The notes under the pieces were generated by a model, which did not search any database, was not told where the DNA came from, and saw nothing but the letters and a program-made list of their open reading frames with translations. Positions 9,184-18,870 of a stretch of DNA of 64,000 nucleotides are shown here, one piece after another. The DNA lies in contig JAUYIT010000008.1 of NCBI GenBank assembly GCA_030688315.1, positions 21,240 through 85,239 on the forward strand. Reading direction: 5' to 3'. A program made the translations under genes and the position numbers. The DNA is from Candidatus Komeilibacteria bacterium (GTDB taxonomy: Bacteria; Patescibacteriota; Patescibacteriia; UBA1558; UBA10009). Numbering within the stretch: position 1 is the stretch's first letter; every line of letters begins with the position of its first letter.

Positions 9184-9402
9184 TTATTTACTCACAAGTT
9201 TAAACCTCGGCACGGCTTTTCCATCAACCATCACTTTCTGCTTAAACATCTTTAACGGCCGAACCCACAATTTTGAGAGTTTGTTTTTATATAAAGTTTC
9301 GTAAACCACTAAATCTTCCATGGTCTCACTGTGTTTGGCAGAGCCAACAACACGATATTTTTTACCTTTGTAGTGGAGATAAACTCCGGGTTTAATTTTC
9401 AT
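9184..9402 (-). CDS. DUF1653 family protein
   Basis: 72 aa (..YLHYKGKKYRVVGSAKHSETMEDLVVYETLY..) matches DUF1653. Confidence 0.55.
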   Translation of the reverse strand: MKIKPGVYLHYKGKKYRVVGSAKHSETMEDLVVYETLYKNKLSKLWVRPLKMFKQKVMVDGKAVPRFKLVSK

Positions 9403-9403
9403 C

Positions 9404-10045
9404 TTAATATCCCTTTAACAGAGTCGAGTTTATTTTTTTGATCTTTTTGCCGTAGGCGTAAGCGGCGTGTTGGGTTAATAACCAAACTGATAATTGACCC
9501 ATATTTTTTATTTTCTTTTTTTTGTTTAAAACATCTATCAGTCCGGCCTGTTCTTTTTTAAATCTTTGTTTAAGCGCCTCGCCGGCTAAACCTTGATCGG
9601 GCGCGCTTAAAAAATCCAATTGATATTTAACCGCGAGAGGCGGTAAGCTAAAGACCCAATTAAAAATCGCCCTCGTTCTGGCCATATGGAAACCACTGGT
9701 AATTACCAGGAGCTTTTTTAAGCGCATGGTTTCTGTAAAAATCTGACGGGCAAAGTAAGCATTGCCGATTGTATCCCAGGAATATTTTTCCACTAGGATT
9801 TTTTTGGCGGGCATGCCGTGTTGCGTTAAATATTTAGCGCCAACCGCGGCTTCGTAAATCGGAAAACCTTTTTTATCCAACGGTCGGGGTTTGTAAACCG
9901 TGCCGGCGCTGGTGGACATGATATATTTTGAACCGGAAAAGTTTTTTAAACCAAGATCATGGCGGGCCTTGGCCCAGAGGGGTAACTCACTCTTTGTGGT
10001 TAAACCGCCACCCATGATTAAAATGGCGTCGTATTTTTTCTTCAT
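9404..10045 (-). CDS. YdcF/DUF218 (ElyC/SanA-like) family protein
   Basis: Translation with the ITSGFHMARTRAIF motif. Confidence 0.55.
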   Translation of the reverse strand: MKKKYDAILIMGGGLTTKSELPLWAKARHDLGLKNFSGSKYIMSTSAGTVYKPRPLDKKGFPIYEAAVGAKYLTQHGMPAKKILVEKYSWDTIGNAYFARQIFTETMRLKKLLVITSGFHMARTRAIFNWVFSLPPLAVKYQLDFLSAPDQGLAGEALKQRFKKEQAGLIDVLNKKKKIKNMGQLSVWLLTQHAAYAYGKKIKKINSTLLKGY

Positions 10046-10049
10046 GTGA

Positions 10050-10976
10050 TTAAAGAAATTTTAATTTGCCTTTGGCCGAATTGATTGAAGGGTATTTTTT
10101 GTTGGTTAAGATTTTAACCAGTTGATCGTCAATTTTATTAAAACAAGCCGGGCCCCGTTCCTGAAAGGCCGTACCAACTTGAACTGCTGCGGCTCCGGCC
10201 AGCAGGAATTCAAAGGCGTCCTGGCCGCTAGATATGCCCCCTACGCCGATGAGGTTGATGTTTTTGGGTAAGAGTTCATAAAACATTCTTACGTTCGCGA
10301 GAGCGACAGGTTTAATGTATTGTCCGCCCAACCCGCCCAGACCCTGCTTGGGTTTAATGACGGGCTTTTCGCCGTGTCCGTCAATTACTAGGCAGTTGCC
10401 TAAAGAGTTAATGCAAGTCACAAATTTAATGCCGAATTTTTTTATCAGTTTGGCCATCATTTGCTGTTGCGCCAAATCACAGTAAGCCGGCAATTTTAGA
10501 CCCAGCGGTTTTTTACCCAGCCGGCTGATTTTTTTTAAAACATTGGCGGAAGCAATAAAGTCATAGGCCACCTGGGGTTTGCCCTTAATATTGGGGCAGG
10601 ACAAATTGACTTCAATCGCGTCGACCGCTGATTGTTGGAAGGCCTTAACCATGATGGGAAAATCAGCCGGGCTTAAACCGGCCACCGAAGCAAAAACCGG
10701 CTTATCATATTTTTTTAAAACCGGAATCATTTTGATATATTCTTGGTAACCTAGATTTGGTAAACCCATGCTTTGAATAGAACCGTAAGGCAAAGCGGCG
10801 TAGCGGGGCTCTTCGTTGCCCAGCCGTGGCTTGATGGTGCAGGATTTCATCATGATCGCGCTGGCAGCCGACTCACCGATTTTTTTTAGTTCCGCTAAAG
10901 TTACATCCCTCGGCCCGGAAGCGTTAAAAACGTAGGATTTTAATTTTATGCCGGCGATGGAAGTTTGTGTAGTCAT
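10050..10976 (-). CDS. pyrD: dihydroorotate dehydrogenase (class 1-like)
   Basis: TIM-barrel DHOD motifs (NASGP.., ..VQVGTAF..). Start taken at MTTQTS to avoid overlap with the upstream PBP gene. Confidence 0.75.
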   Translation of the reverse strand: MTTQTSIAGIKLKSYVFNASGPRDVTLAELKKIGESAASAIMMKSCTIKPRLGNEEPRYAALPYGSIQSMGLPNLGYQEYIKMIPVLKKYDKPVFASVAGLSPADFPIMVKAFQQSAVDAIEVNLSCPNIKGKPQVAYDFIASANVLKKISRLGKKPLGLKLPAYCDLAQQQMMAKLIKKFGIKFVTCINSLGNCLVIDGHGEKPVIKPKQGLGGLGGQYIKPVALANVRMFYELLPKNINLIGVGGISSGQDAFEFLLAGAAAVQVGTAFQERGPACFNKIDDQLVKILTNKKYPSINSAKGKLKFL

Positions 10977-10978
10977 GT

Positions 10979-13864
10979 TTATTCCAAGGTTATTGTTATT
11001 TCCGGGCCTTTGATGGCCTGGCTTTGAAGATCGGTGATAACCGGGAAAAGCCGGTATGTTCCGGCCGGGGGCAGATCGCGCCAAACCACGGTCAGATTAT
11101 TATCCTGTCCGGACTCGGTGTAGCCCAGCCAATGCGATTCATTGTCATCGGATTTTTGATAGTAGAAATCAACTTTGGTTATTTTAGCCGGTTCGTTGAT
11201 GGTTATTTTTAAAGCCAAAGGAAAATCGGCCCGTTTAATTACGCTTTGGTTTAACGGCTCCAGCCAGTCAATGCTTAATGAGGCCTCGCGATCCAGCTTG
11301 ATTTCAATGCTGGCTTCGGCGCTGTTTTGCAAATCGTCGCTTGCCTTAGCTCTTAAGCGATGGGCGCCGTTGGTCATGAATGCAGGCACAGTCAAAGTTA
11401 GATCAAACGGCGACTGGTAAGCCGTGCCCAGCTTTTCGTTGTCCAGATAATATTCCACTTTGTTGACCCCTCGGTTGGCGCTAGCCCTAACGCTGACATT
11501 AAAAGTTTCTTGATTAATGACGGCGTTGGCTGACGGGCTAGTCAGTTCAATGGTCGGCTTGTCTTGACCCCGGTGAACATTATCAAATTCGGTGGGCGGC
11601 AGTTCGTTGGTAATGTTATTTTTTTCCGCCCATCTGGCCACCGGCGCTTCCCAGGCATTATACTGTTCATCCTTGGCCGGATTGGTAGGAATGCCACCTA
11701 AAGGATCATCTTTATCAACGTAATGCAAAATTTCATGCGCCTGCCTAAAAGTTTTTTCTTCCACCAGTTCCACCGGCGTGGCTTCGGTGGCCAGCAGACC
11801 GGTCATCTTATCAATCTTAACCGTAACGCCCGCCGAGCTGCCGCCCATCATGGGTTTGGCCGGAATTTTGTAAATCGGTTTAACAAAGTTTTCTACCGGC
11901 AATTTGGCGTGGGCCGCCCTCATCACTTTTTGCCAAATGGGCGCGGCAATTTGGCTGCCGTCGGCGCCGCGCTTCATTTCGTCATTATTATTATTGCCCA
12001 CCCACACGCCCACCGCGATTTGCGGGGTGTAGCCCAGCGTCCAGGCATCATGATAATCGTTGGTGGTGCCGGTTTTGGCGGCCACCGGACGGTCGCCCAA
12101 AGTTAAATAATTACTGGCGCCAAAAACATAGGCGCGGGCGTTGTTATCTGACAGAACATCGGTGGTTAAACGGGCAATATCCGGCTCCAGCACTTTTTGC
12201 GTACGCGGTTCCCTAAATTCTTCCAGCACTTTTTGCTCGTGATCTTCCAGCTTTAATACTGCCGTGTAAGGAATTTTTTTACCGTCTCGCGCCAAAGTGG
12301 CGTAAGCGTTGGTATGTTCCAATAAAGTAACTTCACCGCCGCCTAATACCAAGGATAAACCAAACCGGCTGCGGTCTTTAAGCGTGGTGTATTCCAAATC
12401 ATCAGCCAAATCAAGTACGTTAGCAATGCCGGCCAAATAAATCATTTTAACGGCCGGAATGTTTAACGAGCCGGCCAAGGCCTGCCGCAAATTAACCGGA
12501 CCGCGTTCTTTTAAATCATAGTTGCGCGGTTCGTACGGACCCTGCGGGGTAGGAAAACTGGTGAACAAATCATAGACCACCGTTTCCGGCACATAACCCC
12601 GTTGCCAAGCGGCCGTGTACACAATCGGTTTAAAGGAACTGCCCGGCTGTCTGGGCGAAGTGGCACTGTTAAACTGGCCGTCAATTTCCACATTGAAAAA
12701 ATCCTTACTGCCCACCATGGCCAGAATCTGTCCGGTCTTAACGTCAATGGCTATTAGGGAAGCGTTGGCGGCGTCAAAGTTAGCCAGATTTTTTTCGGCC
12801 TGTTCGGCCAAGATTTTCTCGGCCTCTTTTTGTAAATCATAATCCAAAGTGGAGATGATTCTCCAGCCGCCCTGTTCAATCAGCGCGTCGCCGTATTTTT
12901 CGGCCAGCAGTTCTTTAACAAAAAACACAAAGTGCGGCGCTTCAATACCTTCAATCCGAGCTTTAAATTCGATTTTTTCTTCTTTCGCCGCAATGCCTTG
13001 TTCAGCGGTAAGGTAGCCAAGCCGGACCATCTGGTCCAGGGCGTATTTTTGCCTACCCAGCAATTCGTCCACGTGACTGCCGTAGGGCGAGTAATATGAT
13101 GGCGCCTGCGGCAGGGCCGCCAAAACCGCGGCCTCGCCCACGGTCAGCTCCTTGGCTGATTTGCCAAAATAGCTGAAGGCGGCCGCCTCAATGCCGTAAC
13201 TGGAGCCGCCGTAGGGAATTTCGTTAAAATACATTTGCAGAATTTCTTGTTTGCTGAATTTACGCTCAATGCGGTAAGCCAAAATCAACTCTTTAATTTT
13301 TCGGACCGGACTGCGTTTGTTGCTTAAAATGGCGTTTTTAACCAATTGCTGGGTCAGCGTTGAACCGCCTTGAGGGCGCTTGCCTTTAAGAGTTTGTATG
13401 ACCACGCCCCTAAACATGCCCCAGAGCGAAAAGCCGCCGTGTTCGTAAAACCGTTGGTCTTCCAAAGCCAAAGTGGCGTTAACGGCGTGAGCTGGAATGT
13501 TTTCAAACTTGATCAGCGTCCTCTGCTGGTCGCCGTGGATATCGTACAGCAAGTGTTCGCCGGTGCGGTCGTAAATTTTGGTGCTTTGCGCTACTGCCCG
13601 GTCAATCAGTTTGCCCGGATCAGGCAGATCTTTAGAAAGCCAAGCTACGCCTACAATGCTAAAAACCAGCACAAACAAAAAAGCCGCCAAACCGTGGCGC
13701 CAGTATTTTTTGAATAAGCCCAACAAACTGAACTTTTCGTTTTTAGGGTTAAAGCGGATATCCAAAAAACGCTTTTTTTGGTGGTTCAAGCCGATCACTT
13801 TGGACGGCCGGTCGTTTTTGTCTTTGGGCGAATGGATTTTGTGGTTTAAATGAGGAATAGGCAT
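10979..13864 (-). CDS. penicillin-binding protein 1A family (transglycosylase + transpeptidase) with a ~250-aa C-terminal Ig-like repeat extension
   Basis: 961 aa with an N-terminal TM, GT51 and TP domains, and C-terminal beta-rich repeats. Confidence 0.8.
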   Translation of the reverse strand: MPIPHLNHKIHSPKDKNDRPSKVIGLNHQKKRFLDIRFNPKNEKFSLLGLFKKYWRHGLAAFLFVLVFSIVGVAWLSKDLPDPGKLIDRAVAQSTKIYDRTGEHLLYDIHGDQQRTLIKFENIPAHAVNATLALEDQRFYEHGGFSLWGMFRGVVIQTLKGKRPQGGSTLTQQLVKNAILSNKRSPVRKIKELILAYRIERKFSKQEILQMYFNEIPYGGSSYGIEAAAFSYFGKSAKELTVGEAAVLAALPQAPSYYSPYGSHVDELLGRQKYALDQMVRLGYLTAEQGIAAKEEKIEFKARIEGIEAPHFVFFVKELLAEKYGDALIEQGGWRIISTLDYDLQKEAEKILAEQAEKNLANFDAANASLIAIDVKTGQILAMVGSKDFFNVEIDGQFNSATSPRQPGSSFKPIVYTAAWQRGYVPETVVYDLFTSFPTPQGPYEPRNYDLKERGPVNLRQALAGSLNIPAVKMIYLAGIANVLDLADDLEYTTLKDRSRFGLSLVLGGGEVTLLEHTNAYATLARDGKKIPYTAVLKLEDHEQKVLEEFREPRTQKVLEPDIARLTTDVLSDNNARAYVFGASNYLTLGDRPVAAKTGTTNDYHDAWTLGYTPQIAVGVWVGNNNNDEMKRGADGSQIAAPIWQKVMRAAHAKLPVENFVKPIYKIPAKPMMGGSSAGVTVKIDKMTGLLATEATPVELVEEKTFRQAHEILHYVDKDDPLGGIPTNPAKDEQYNAWEAPVARWAEKNNITNELPPTEFDNVHRGQDKPTIELTSPSANAVINQETFNVSVRASANRGVNKVEYYLDNEKLGTAYQSPFDLTLTVPAFMTNGAHRLRAKASDDLQNSAEASIEIKLDREASLSIDWLEPLNQSVIKRADFPLALKITINEPAKITKVDFYYQKSDDNESHWLGYTESGQDNNLTVVWRDLPPAGTYRLFPVITDLQSQAIKGPEITITLE

Positions 13865-13987
13865 GAAAAGAGGCCAAAAGATCCAAGAACCAATAAATTA
13901 AAAAATCAAAATAACTAAGTTCTTTGGTTCTTTTATGTTTAAATTTTATCTTGTATTCTATGAGCATTATGCTATAATTTACGCAAT

Positions 13988-15181
13988 ATGTCAAAGGTAA
14001 ATACTGATCCCCAAAAAATTGAAGCGCTCTTAAAACGCGGCGTGGAAGAGGTGATTAAACTGGACCATTTGCGCCAGCGGTTGCTTTCGGGCGAGCGTTT
14101 AAGGGTTAAATTAGGCATTGATCCGACTAGTCCGAACATTCATCTGGGCCGTTCCATTCCTTTGTTAAAGTTGAGGGATTTTCAGGAACTTGGTCATCAG
14201 GTGGTTTTTATCGTGGGCGATTTTACCGGTGTCATTGGCGATACTTCCGATAAGGATGCGGAACGGCCGATGCTGACCCCGGCGGATATTAAAAAAAATA
14301 TGAAGGACTATGTTAAGCAGGCCGGGAAAATTATTGATCTTAAAAAATGCGAAGTCCACTACAACAGCCAGTGGCTGAAAAAATTATCTTACGCCGAACT
14401 GGGGGCGCAGGCCGATCAGTTTTCGGTGGCTGAATTTTCCGCCCGGGAAAATATTAAAAAACGGTTGGACGCGGGCAAGCGAGTTTCGTTTAGGGAAATG
14501 CTGTATCCGTTAATGCAGGCCTATGATTCGGTGATGGTTAAGGCGGATGTGGAATTGGGCGGCACCGATCAACGATTTAATTTGTTGGCCGGCCGGGAAT
14601 TGCAAAAACATTATCAGCAGAATCAGCAGGACGTGATTATGGGGCCATTATTGGAAGGCACGGACGGCCGCAAAATGAGTTCCAGCTGGGACAACACCGT
14701 TAACCTTACCGACGCTCCGTCGGAAATGTTTGGTAAAATTATGACTGTGCCGGATAATTTGATTATGAAGTATTTTATTTTAGCCACTCGGGTCGATTTG
14801 ACCGATTTAAAAGGCGTGGAAGCTCAGTTGCTCGGCGGTGCCAATCCCCGTTACATTAAAGCGCTGCTGGCCAAAGAAATTGTTAAAATGTATCATGGTG
14901 ACCAGGCCGCGGTTTTGGCCGAAGAAGCGTTTAACAAGCAGTTTACTGATAAGGAGCTACCGGAAGATATTGAAGAAAAAAAAATTGAATTAAGAAGTTG
15001 GAAGCTTGATGACCTATTGGTTGAGCTTGGCCTGACTTCGTCCAAAACTGAAGCACGACGACTGATTGAGCAGGGCGGGGTAAAAATTGATTCTCAAAAA
15101 ACCGCTAACCTTGCTGAAATTCAGGTTAAATCGGGCATAATCGTCCAGGTGGGTAAGAGGAAGTTTGCCAGAATTAAATAG
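13988..15181 (+). CDS. tyrS: tyrosine--tRNA ligase
   Basis: Class I HIGH-like (PNIHLGR) and KMSKS (KMSSS) motifs, with a C-terminal S4 domain. Confidence 0.8.
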   Translation: MSKVNTDPQKIEALLKRGVEEVIKLDHLRQRLLSGERLRVKLGIDPTSPNIHLGRSIPLLKLRDFQELGHQVVFIVGDFTGVIGDTSDKDAERPMLTPADIKKNMKDYVKQAGKIIDLKKCEVHYNSQWLKKLSYAELGAQADQFSVAEFSARENIKKRLDAGKRVSFREMLYPLMQAYDSVMVKADVELGGTDQRFNLLAGRELQKHYQQNQQDVIMGPLLEGTDGRKMSSSWDNTVNLTDAPSEMFGKIMTVPDNLIMKYFILATRVDLTDLKGVEAQLLGGANPRYIKALLAKEIVKMYHGDQAAVLAEEAFNKQFTDKELPEDIEEKKIELRSWKLDDLLVELGLTSSKTEARRLIEQGGVKIDSQKTANLAEIQVKSGIIVQVGKRKFARIK

Positions 15182-15194
15182 TTAGAAATAATAA

Positions 15195-15224
15195 AATCGC
15201 TCTAAGAAATTAAAGCGATTTTTT
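15195..15224. terminator. bidirectional terminator between tyrS (+) and ruvC (-)
   Basis: Stem aatcgct/agcgatt followed by tttt. Confidence 0.45.
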
Positions 15225-15232
15225 GATTTAAA

Positions 15233-15715
15233 TTATTTTGTGGAATTGGCGCAGGTAATGGCAATGGCCAAAGCATCGGCGGCATCATCGGGTTTGGGTA
15301 CGGCGTTAAGGTTCAGCATGACTTTAACCATTTGTCCGACCTGATTTTTGTCAGCCGCGCCATAAGAAGTAAGCGCCTGTTTAACTTGTAAAGGCGTATA
15401 TTCAAAAATCGGCAATTTGTTTTGGGCAATGGTCATTAATACTACGCCTCTGGCTTGTCCCACCATTAAAGCGGTTTTAACGTTTTTGCAAAAAAACAGT
15501 TCTTCCACGCTTACGGAACTTGGTTTATATTTTTTGATGATTTTTTTGAGTTCGTTATGCAGGCTTTCCAGGCGTTTGATAAAATCGGTTTTAGCGGAAG
15601 TAACAATGGACCCGCAGGCCACAAATTTTAAATCACCTGCCTCCTTGTTGATGACGCCCCAGCCGGTATCGGCAATGCCCGGGTCAATGCCCAGGATTAT
15701 TTTAGAGGTCGGCAT
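15233..15715 (-). CDS. ruvC: crossover junction endodeoxyribonuclease RuvC
   Basis: ILGIDPGIADTGWGV N-terminus and overall RuvC fold. Confidence 0.85.
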   Translation of the reverse strand: MPTSKIILGIDPGIADTGWGVINKEAGDLKFVACGSIVTSAKTDFIKRLESLHNELKKIIKKYKPSSVSVEELFFCKNVKTALMVGQARGVVLMTIAQNKLPIFEYTPLQVKQALTSYGAADKNQVGQMVKVMLNLNAVPKPDDAADALAIAITCANSTK

Positions 15716-16427
15716 TGGAATAAAAATTACTGACGTCGTCTAACGCTTCCAAGTCATCAAAGAATTTTAAAATGGTTTCCTCGTTGCTGACTTTGACGGA
15801 ATCCTTGGCCACGTATTCAATATTTGATTCCAAAATAGGAATATTGAGTTCGGCAATTTTCTTTTTGATGTTTTCAAATTGATCGGGCGCGGTATAAACG
15901 GTTACGCCGCCATCTCCGAGCTCAGCTTGGCTGTCGGTTTTAATATCCAAAGCGCCGGCGTCAATCAAGGCCAGCTCTTCATCATCGGTCAGTTTTTCCT
16001 TGTCCAAAGTAATTACGCCCCGGTGGTCAAACATCCACATAGTAGCGCCGGGGCCGGCCAAATTACCGCCGTATTTATTTAAAACATGTTTAACTTCCGA
16101 AGCGGCGCGGTTTTTGTTGTCGGTCACAATTTCCATCACCAAGGCCAAACCGGCCGGGCCGTAGGCCTCGTAAATAATTTCTTCCATTTGTTCACCGCCC
16201 AGTTCACCAGTGCCTTTTTTAACGGCGCGATCAATGTTTTCTTTGGGCAAACGGAATTCTTTGGCCTTATCAATGGCCATGCGTAATTTAAAGTTGGTTT
16301 CGGGGTCGCCACCGCTTCTGGCCGCTACCGCAATAACGTTGGCCAGCTTGGTAAAATTGGCTGATTTTTTGGCGTCAACGCCTTCTTTTCTGCGTTTGGT
16401 TGTTGCCCACTTGGAATGTCCGGACAT
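15702..16427 (-). CDS. yebC: YebC/PmpR family DNA-binding regulator
   Basis: MSGHSKWATTKRRK N-terminus, diagnostic of YebC. Confidence 0.85.
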   Translation of the reverse strand: MSGHSKWATTKRRKEGVDAKKSANFTKLANVIAVAARSGGDPETNFKLRMAIDKAKEFRLPKENIDRAVKKGTGELGGEQMEEIIYEAYGPAGLALVMEIVTDNKNRAASEVKHVLNKYGGNLAGPGATMWMFDHRGVITLDKEKLTDDEELALIDAGALDIKTDSQAELGDGGVTVYTAPDQFENIKKKIAELNIPILESNIEYVAKDSVKVSNEETILKFFDDLEALDDVSNFYSNADL

Positions 16428-16508
16428 ATATTTATGGATTATTTTATTTGATAAGCCAAGTTTAGCCCCTTTAATTGAAAAAATCAAGATTTTAATATTA
16501 TATTTTTT

Positions 16509-17687
16509 TTAAACTAAGGAGCTTAAAAATTTATCAGCGCTCATTACCCTAACGCCCGATTTAAGCTGATCCACGCCCGACGTTTTAACAATCTGGTAAA
16601 CCTGAGCCAGCTTCATTTTTTCCTTAAAGTAGATTAAGTTGGGAGAAACTTCCATCGTTTGGCTTTTAACCTCAACGGCAAACCACGGCTGTTTTTTGAT
16701 CGTTACCAAAAAATCAACCTCTCGGCCGGCCGTATCCCTAATAAACCACAGCTCGGCTTGGTAGCCCTGGCTATCAGCCAGATAGTGGACAAATTTTAAC
16801 AAATGGGAAGCAACCATGTTTTCCAATTTGGCCGCTTCGTTTGGCAATTCCGACCAGTCCCACAGATAAAGCTTGGGCTGTTTGCGCAATGATTTTATGG
16901 CTTGTTGATGAAAAGGCAAAATACGGAAGTGATAGTAGAACTTTTCCAAAATATCCAGCCAAGATGTTACGGTTTTATGGGTAACCCGCAGATCTTCTCT
17001 TAGTGAAGACGCGGAAAAAAGCGAACCGACTTTAGCCGGCAATAGCTCCGCCAGAATTTGCAAAGCCGATAAATCATGGATTTTTTCCAGATCGCGGATA
17101 TCTTCTTTAACTAAGCGGTCTAAGCGTTCGCGGTAAAAGCGTCGGGCAATTGTCGCGTTTTGGCTTAAAAACGGTTCAGGGAAGCCGCCGAATTCCCATA
17201 AAGCCGCAAATGCTTCCTTAACTTCAGCCGTGCTTAAAAAGGTTAATTCTTTAAATTCAGAAATGGTCAGAGGTTTTTTATTTATGGCTTCCGCTACCGA
17301 AAAAGGATGCAGACGGTAATAATGGTATCTGCCTAACAGCGAATCCCCGCCCCGGCGATAAATATCCAAACGGGAACTGCCGGTAACTAAGATTTTTAAT
17401 CGCTCTTTGTGAACATCATACAATCCTTTTAAATAATTTTTCCAGCGTTTAAATTTATGGATTTCATCAAAAACTATTAAGGGCTCGTTTAAAGGCAGGG
17501 TATTGCCAATAATTAGTTGGCGATGTTCGCGGTTATCCCAGTTAAGATAAGTGAAACCGGCATAGTTTTTTTGGCCCAAATTTTTAGCTAAAGTGGTTTT
17601 ACCCACTTGCCTGGGTCCGCCTATAAAAACCATCTTTTGATTAAGATCGGCTAGTATATTATCGTTCAAATAACGGTTAATAATCAT
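16509..17687 (-). CDS. AAA ATPase, COG1373-like (AAA_14 + DUF4143)
   Basis: Walker A GGPRQVGKTTLA; paralog of 37612..38745. Confidence 0.6.
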   Translation of the reverse strand: MIINRYLNDNILADLNQKMVFIGGPRQVGKTTLAKNLGQKNYAGFTYLNWDNREHRQLIIGNTLPLNEPLIVFDEIHKFKRWKNYLKGLYDVHKERLKILVTGSSRLDIYRRGGDSLLGRYHYYRLHPFSVAEAINKKPLTISEFKELTFLSTAEVKEAFAALWEFGGFPEPFLSQNATIARRFYRERLDRLVKEDIRDLEKIHDLSALQILAELLPAKVGSLFSASSLREDLRVTHKTVTSWLDILEKFYYHFRILPFHQQAIKSLRKQPKLYLWDWSELPNEAAKLENMVASHLLKFVHYLADSQGYQAELWFIRDTAGREVDFLVTIKKQPWFAVEVKSQTMEVSPNLIYFKEKMKLAQVYQIVKTSGVDQLKSGVRVMSADKFLSSLV

Positions 17688-17721
17688 AATTTAGCTAATG
17701 TTAGTAATTAAGTTATATAGA

Positions 17722-17776
17722 AAATTATACCATAGTATAATTTTTTGTCAAACAAATTATACCATAGTATAATTTT
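17722..17776. promoter_or_regulatory. two perfect 23-bp direct repeats (aaattataccatagtataatttt), each near-palindromic, spaced 32 bp, in a divergent promoter region
   Basis: Copies at 17722..17744 and 17754..17776. Inner motif TTATAC-CATAG-TATAA. Confidence 0.5.
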
Positions 17777-17854
17777 CCATACCAATCGTTAATTAAGATT
17801 TTCGCTTAAAAACAAGGATTTTGGTATAATAGAGGCAATAAATTAACCATTTTT

Positions 17855-18865
17855 ATGAAATTAAACGAACAAAACTATCTTAAATCAATTGAGCTATTGG
17901 GCGAGCAAATTAAGCAGTCATATTTTGAAGCTGGGCGGCTAAAATTACCAGCTTCTTATCGTCAGATTAATAAAATCGCCGTGTTTGGCATGGGTGGATC
18001 GCAACTAGGCACGGATTTGATCAATAACTTATTTAGCCAGGAATTAAAGGTCCCGATTATTCAAATCAGAGATTATAGCGTGCCCGGGTTTGTTGACGCT
18101 AATACTTTGGTTTTATTACTTAGTTATTCCGGCACCACCGAAGAAGTTTTGGCCGTCAGTCAAAAATTATCGAGCCGTAATAAGGTTGTGGTTATCACGG
18201 TTGGCGGAAAGTTATCTGAAGTTTCCAAGAAAAATCATTGGCCCATGTATCAGTTTGATCCGCGGTACAATCCTTCGGGTCAGCCGCGGATGGGCACCGG
18301 TTATTTGGTCGGTTCGGTCATGGCGATTTTGAAAAAACTGAATTTGCTGGCCATTAATGATTCAACCGCCAACCAAATGATTGTTGGTGCTAAGCTGACT
18401 TCAGCTGTAAAACTTCAGGCCAAAAAATTGGCGAAATCCTTGAAAGGCAAAACACCGATCATCATTGGCGCTGAGCATTTATTTGGCAACGCCCACATTA
18501 TGACCAATCAGATTAATGAATCGTCAAAACAAAGGTGCTATTACTTTGCTTTGCCCGAGCTCAACCATCATTTATTGGAAGGATTGTCTTTCCCCTCCAC
18601 CACCAAAAAGAATCTGGTTTTTGTTTTTCTGAATTCTAAAAATTATTTTGCCCGCAACAAAAAACGCTTTGCTTTAACCGAACAGGTGGTTAACAAGCAG
18701 GGCATTGGTTCGGTTAAAATTGATGTGGGCGGCAATAAAGTTCAGGAAGCTATTAAATTATTGGGTCTGGGGGGCTTGCTTTCCTACGAACTGACCAAGA
18801 TCAATAAGGTTGAACCGGATCAGATTCCCTGGGTAAATTATTTTAAAGAACAGTTAGGAAAATAA
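17855..18865 (+). CDS. SIS-domain bifunctional phosphoglucose/phosphomannose isomerase (archaeal type)
   Basis: Translation with a tandem SIS architecture (..VFGMGGSQLGTDL..). Confidence 0.6.
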   Translation: MKLNEQNYLKSIELLGEQIKQSYFEAGRLKLPASYRQINKIAVFGMGGSQLGTDLINNLFSQELKVPIIQIRDYSVPGFVDANTLVLLLSYSGTTEEVLAVSQKLSSRNKVVVITVGGKLSEVSKKNHWPMYQFDPRYNPSGQPRMGTGYLVGSVMAILKKLNLLAINDSTANQMIVGAKLTSAVKLQAKKLAKSLKGKTPIIIGAEHLFGNAHIMTNQINESSKQRCYYFALPELNHHLLEGLSFPSTTKKNLVFVFLNSKNYFARNKKRFALTEQVVNKQGIGSVKIDVGGNKVQEAIKLLGLGGLLSYELTKINKVEPDQIPWVNYFKEQLGK

Positions 18866-18870
18866 AACGC

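Noticed and set aside
11024-13853. Several plus-strand ORFs (for example 11723..12106, 13370..13717) inside the PBP1A gene
   Set aside because: These are antisense shadow ORFs within a long, confidently identified CDS. The translations are Arg/Gly-rich and low-complexity.
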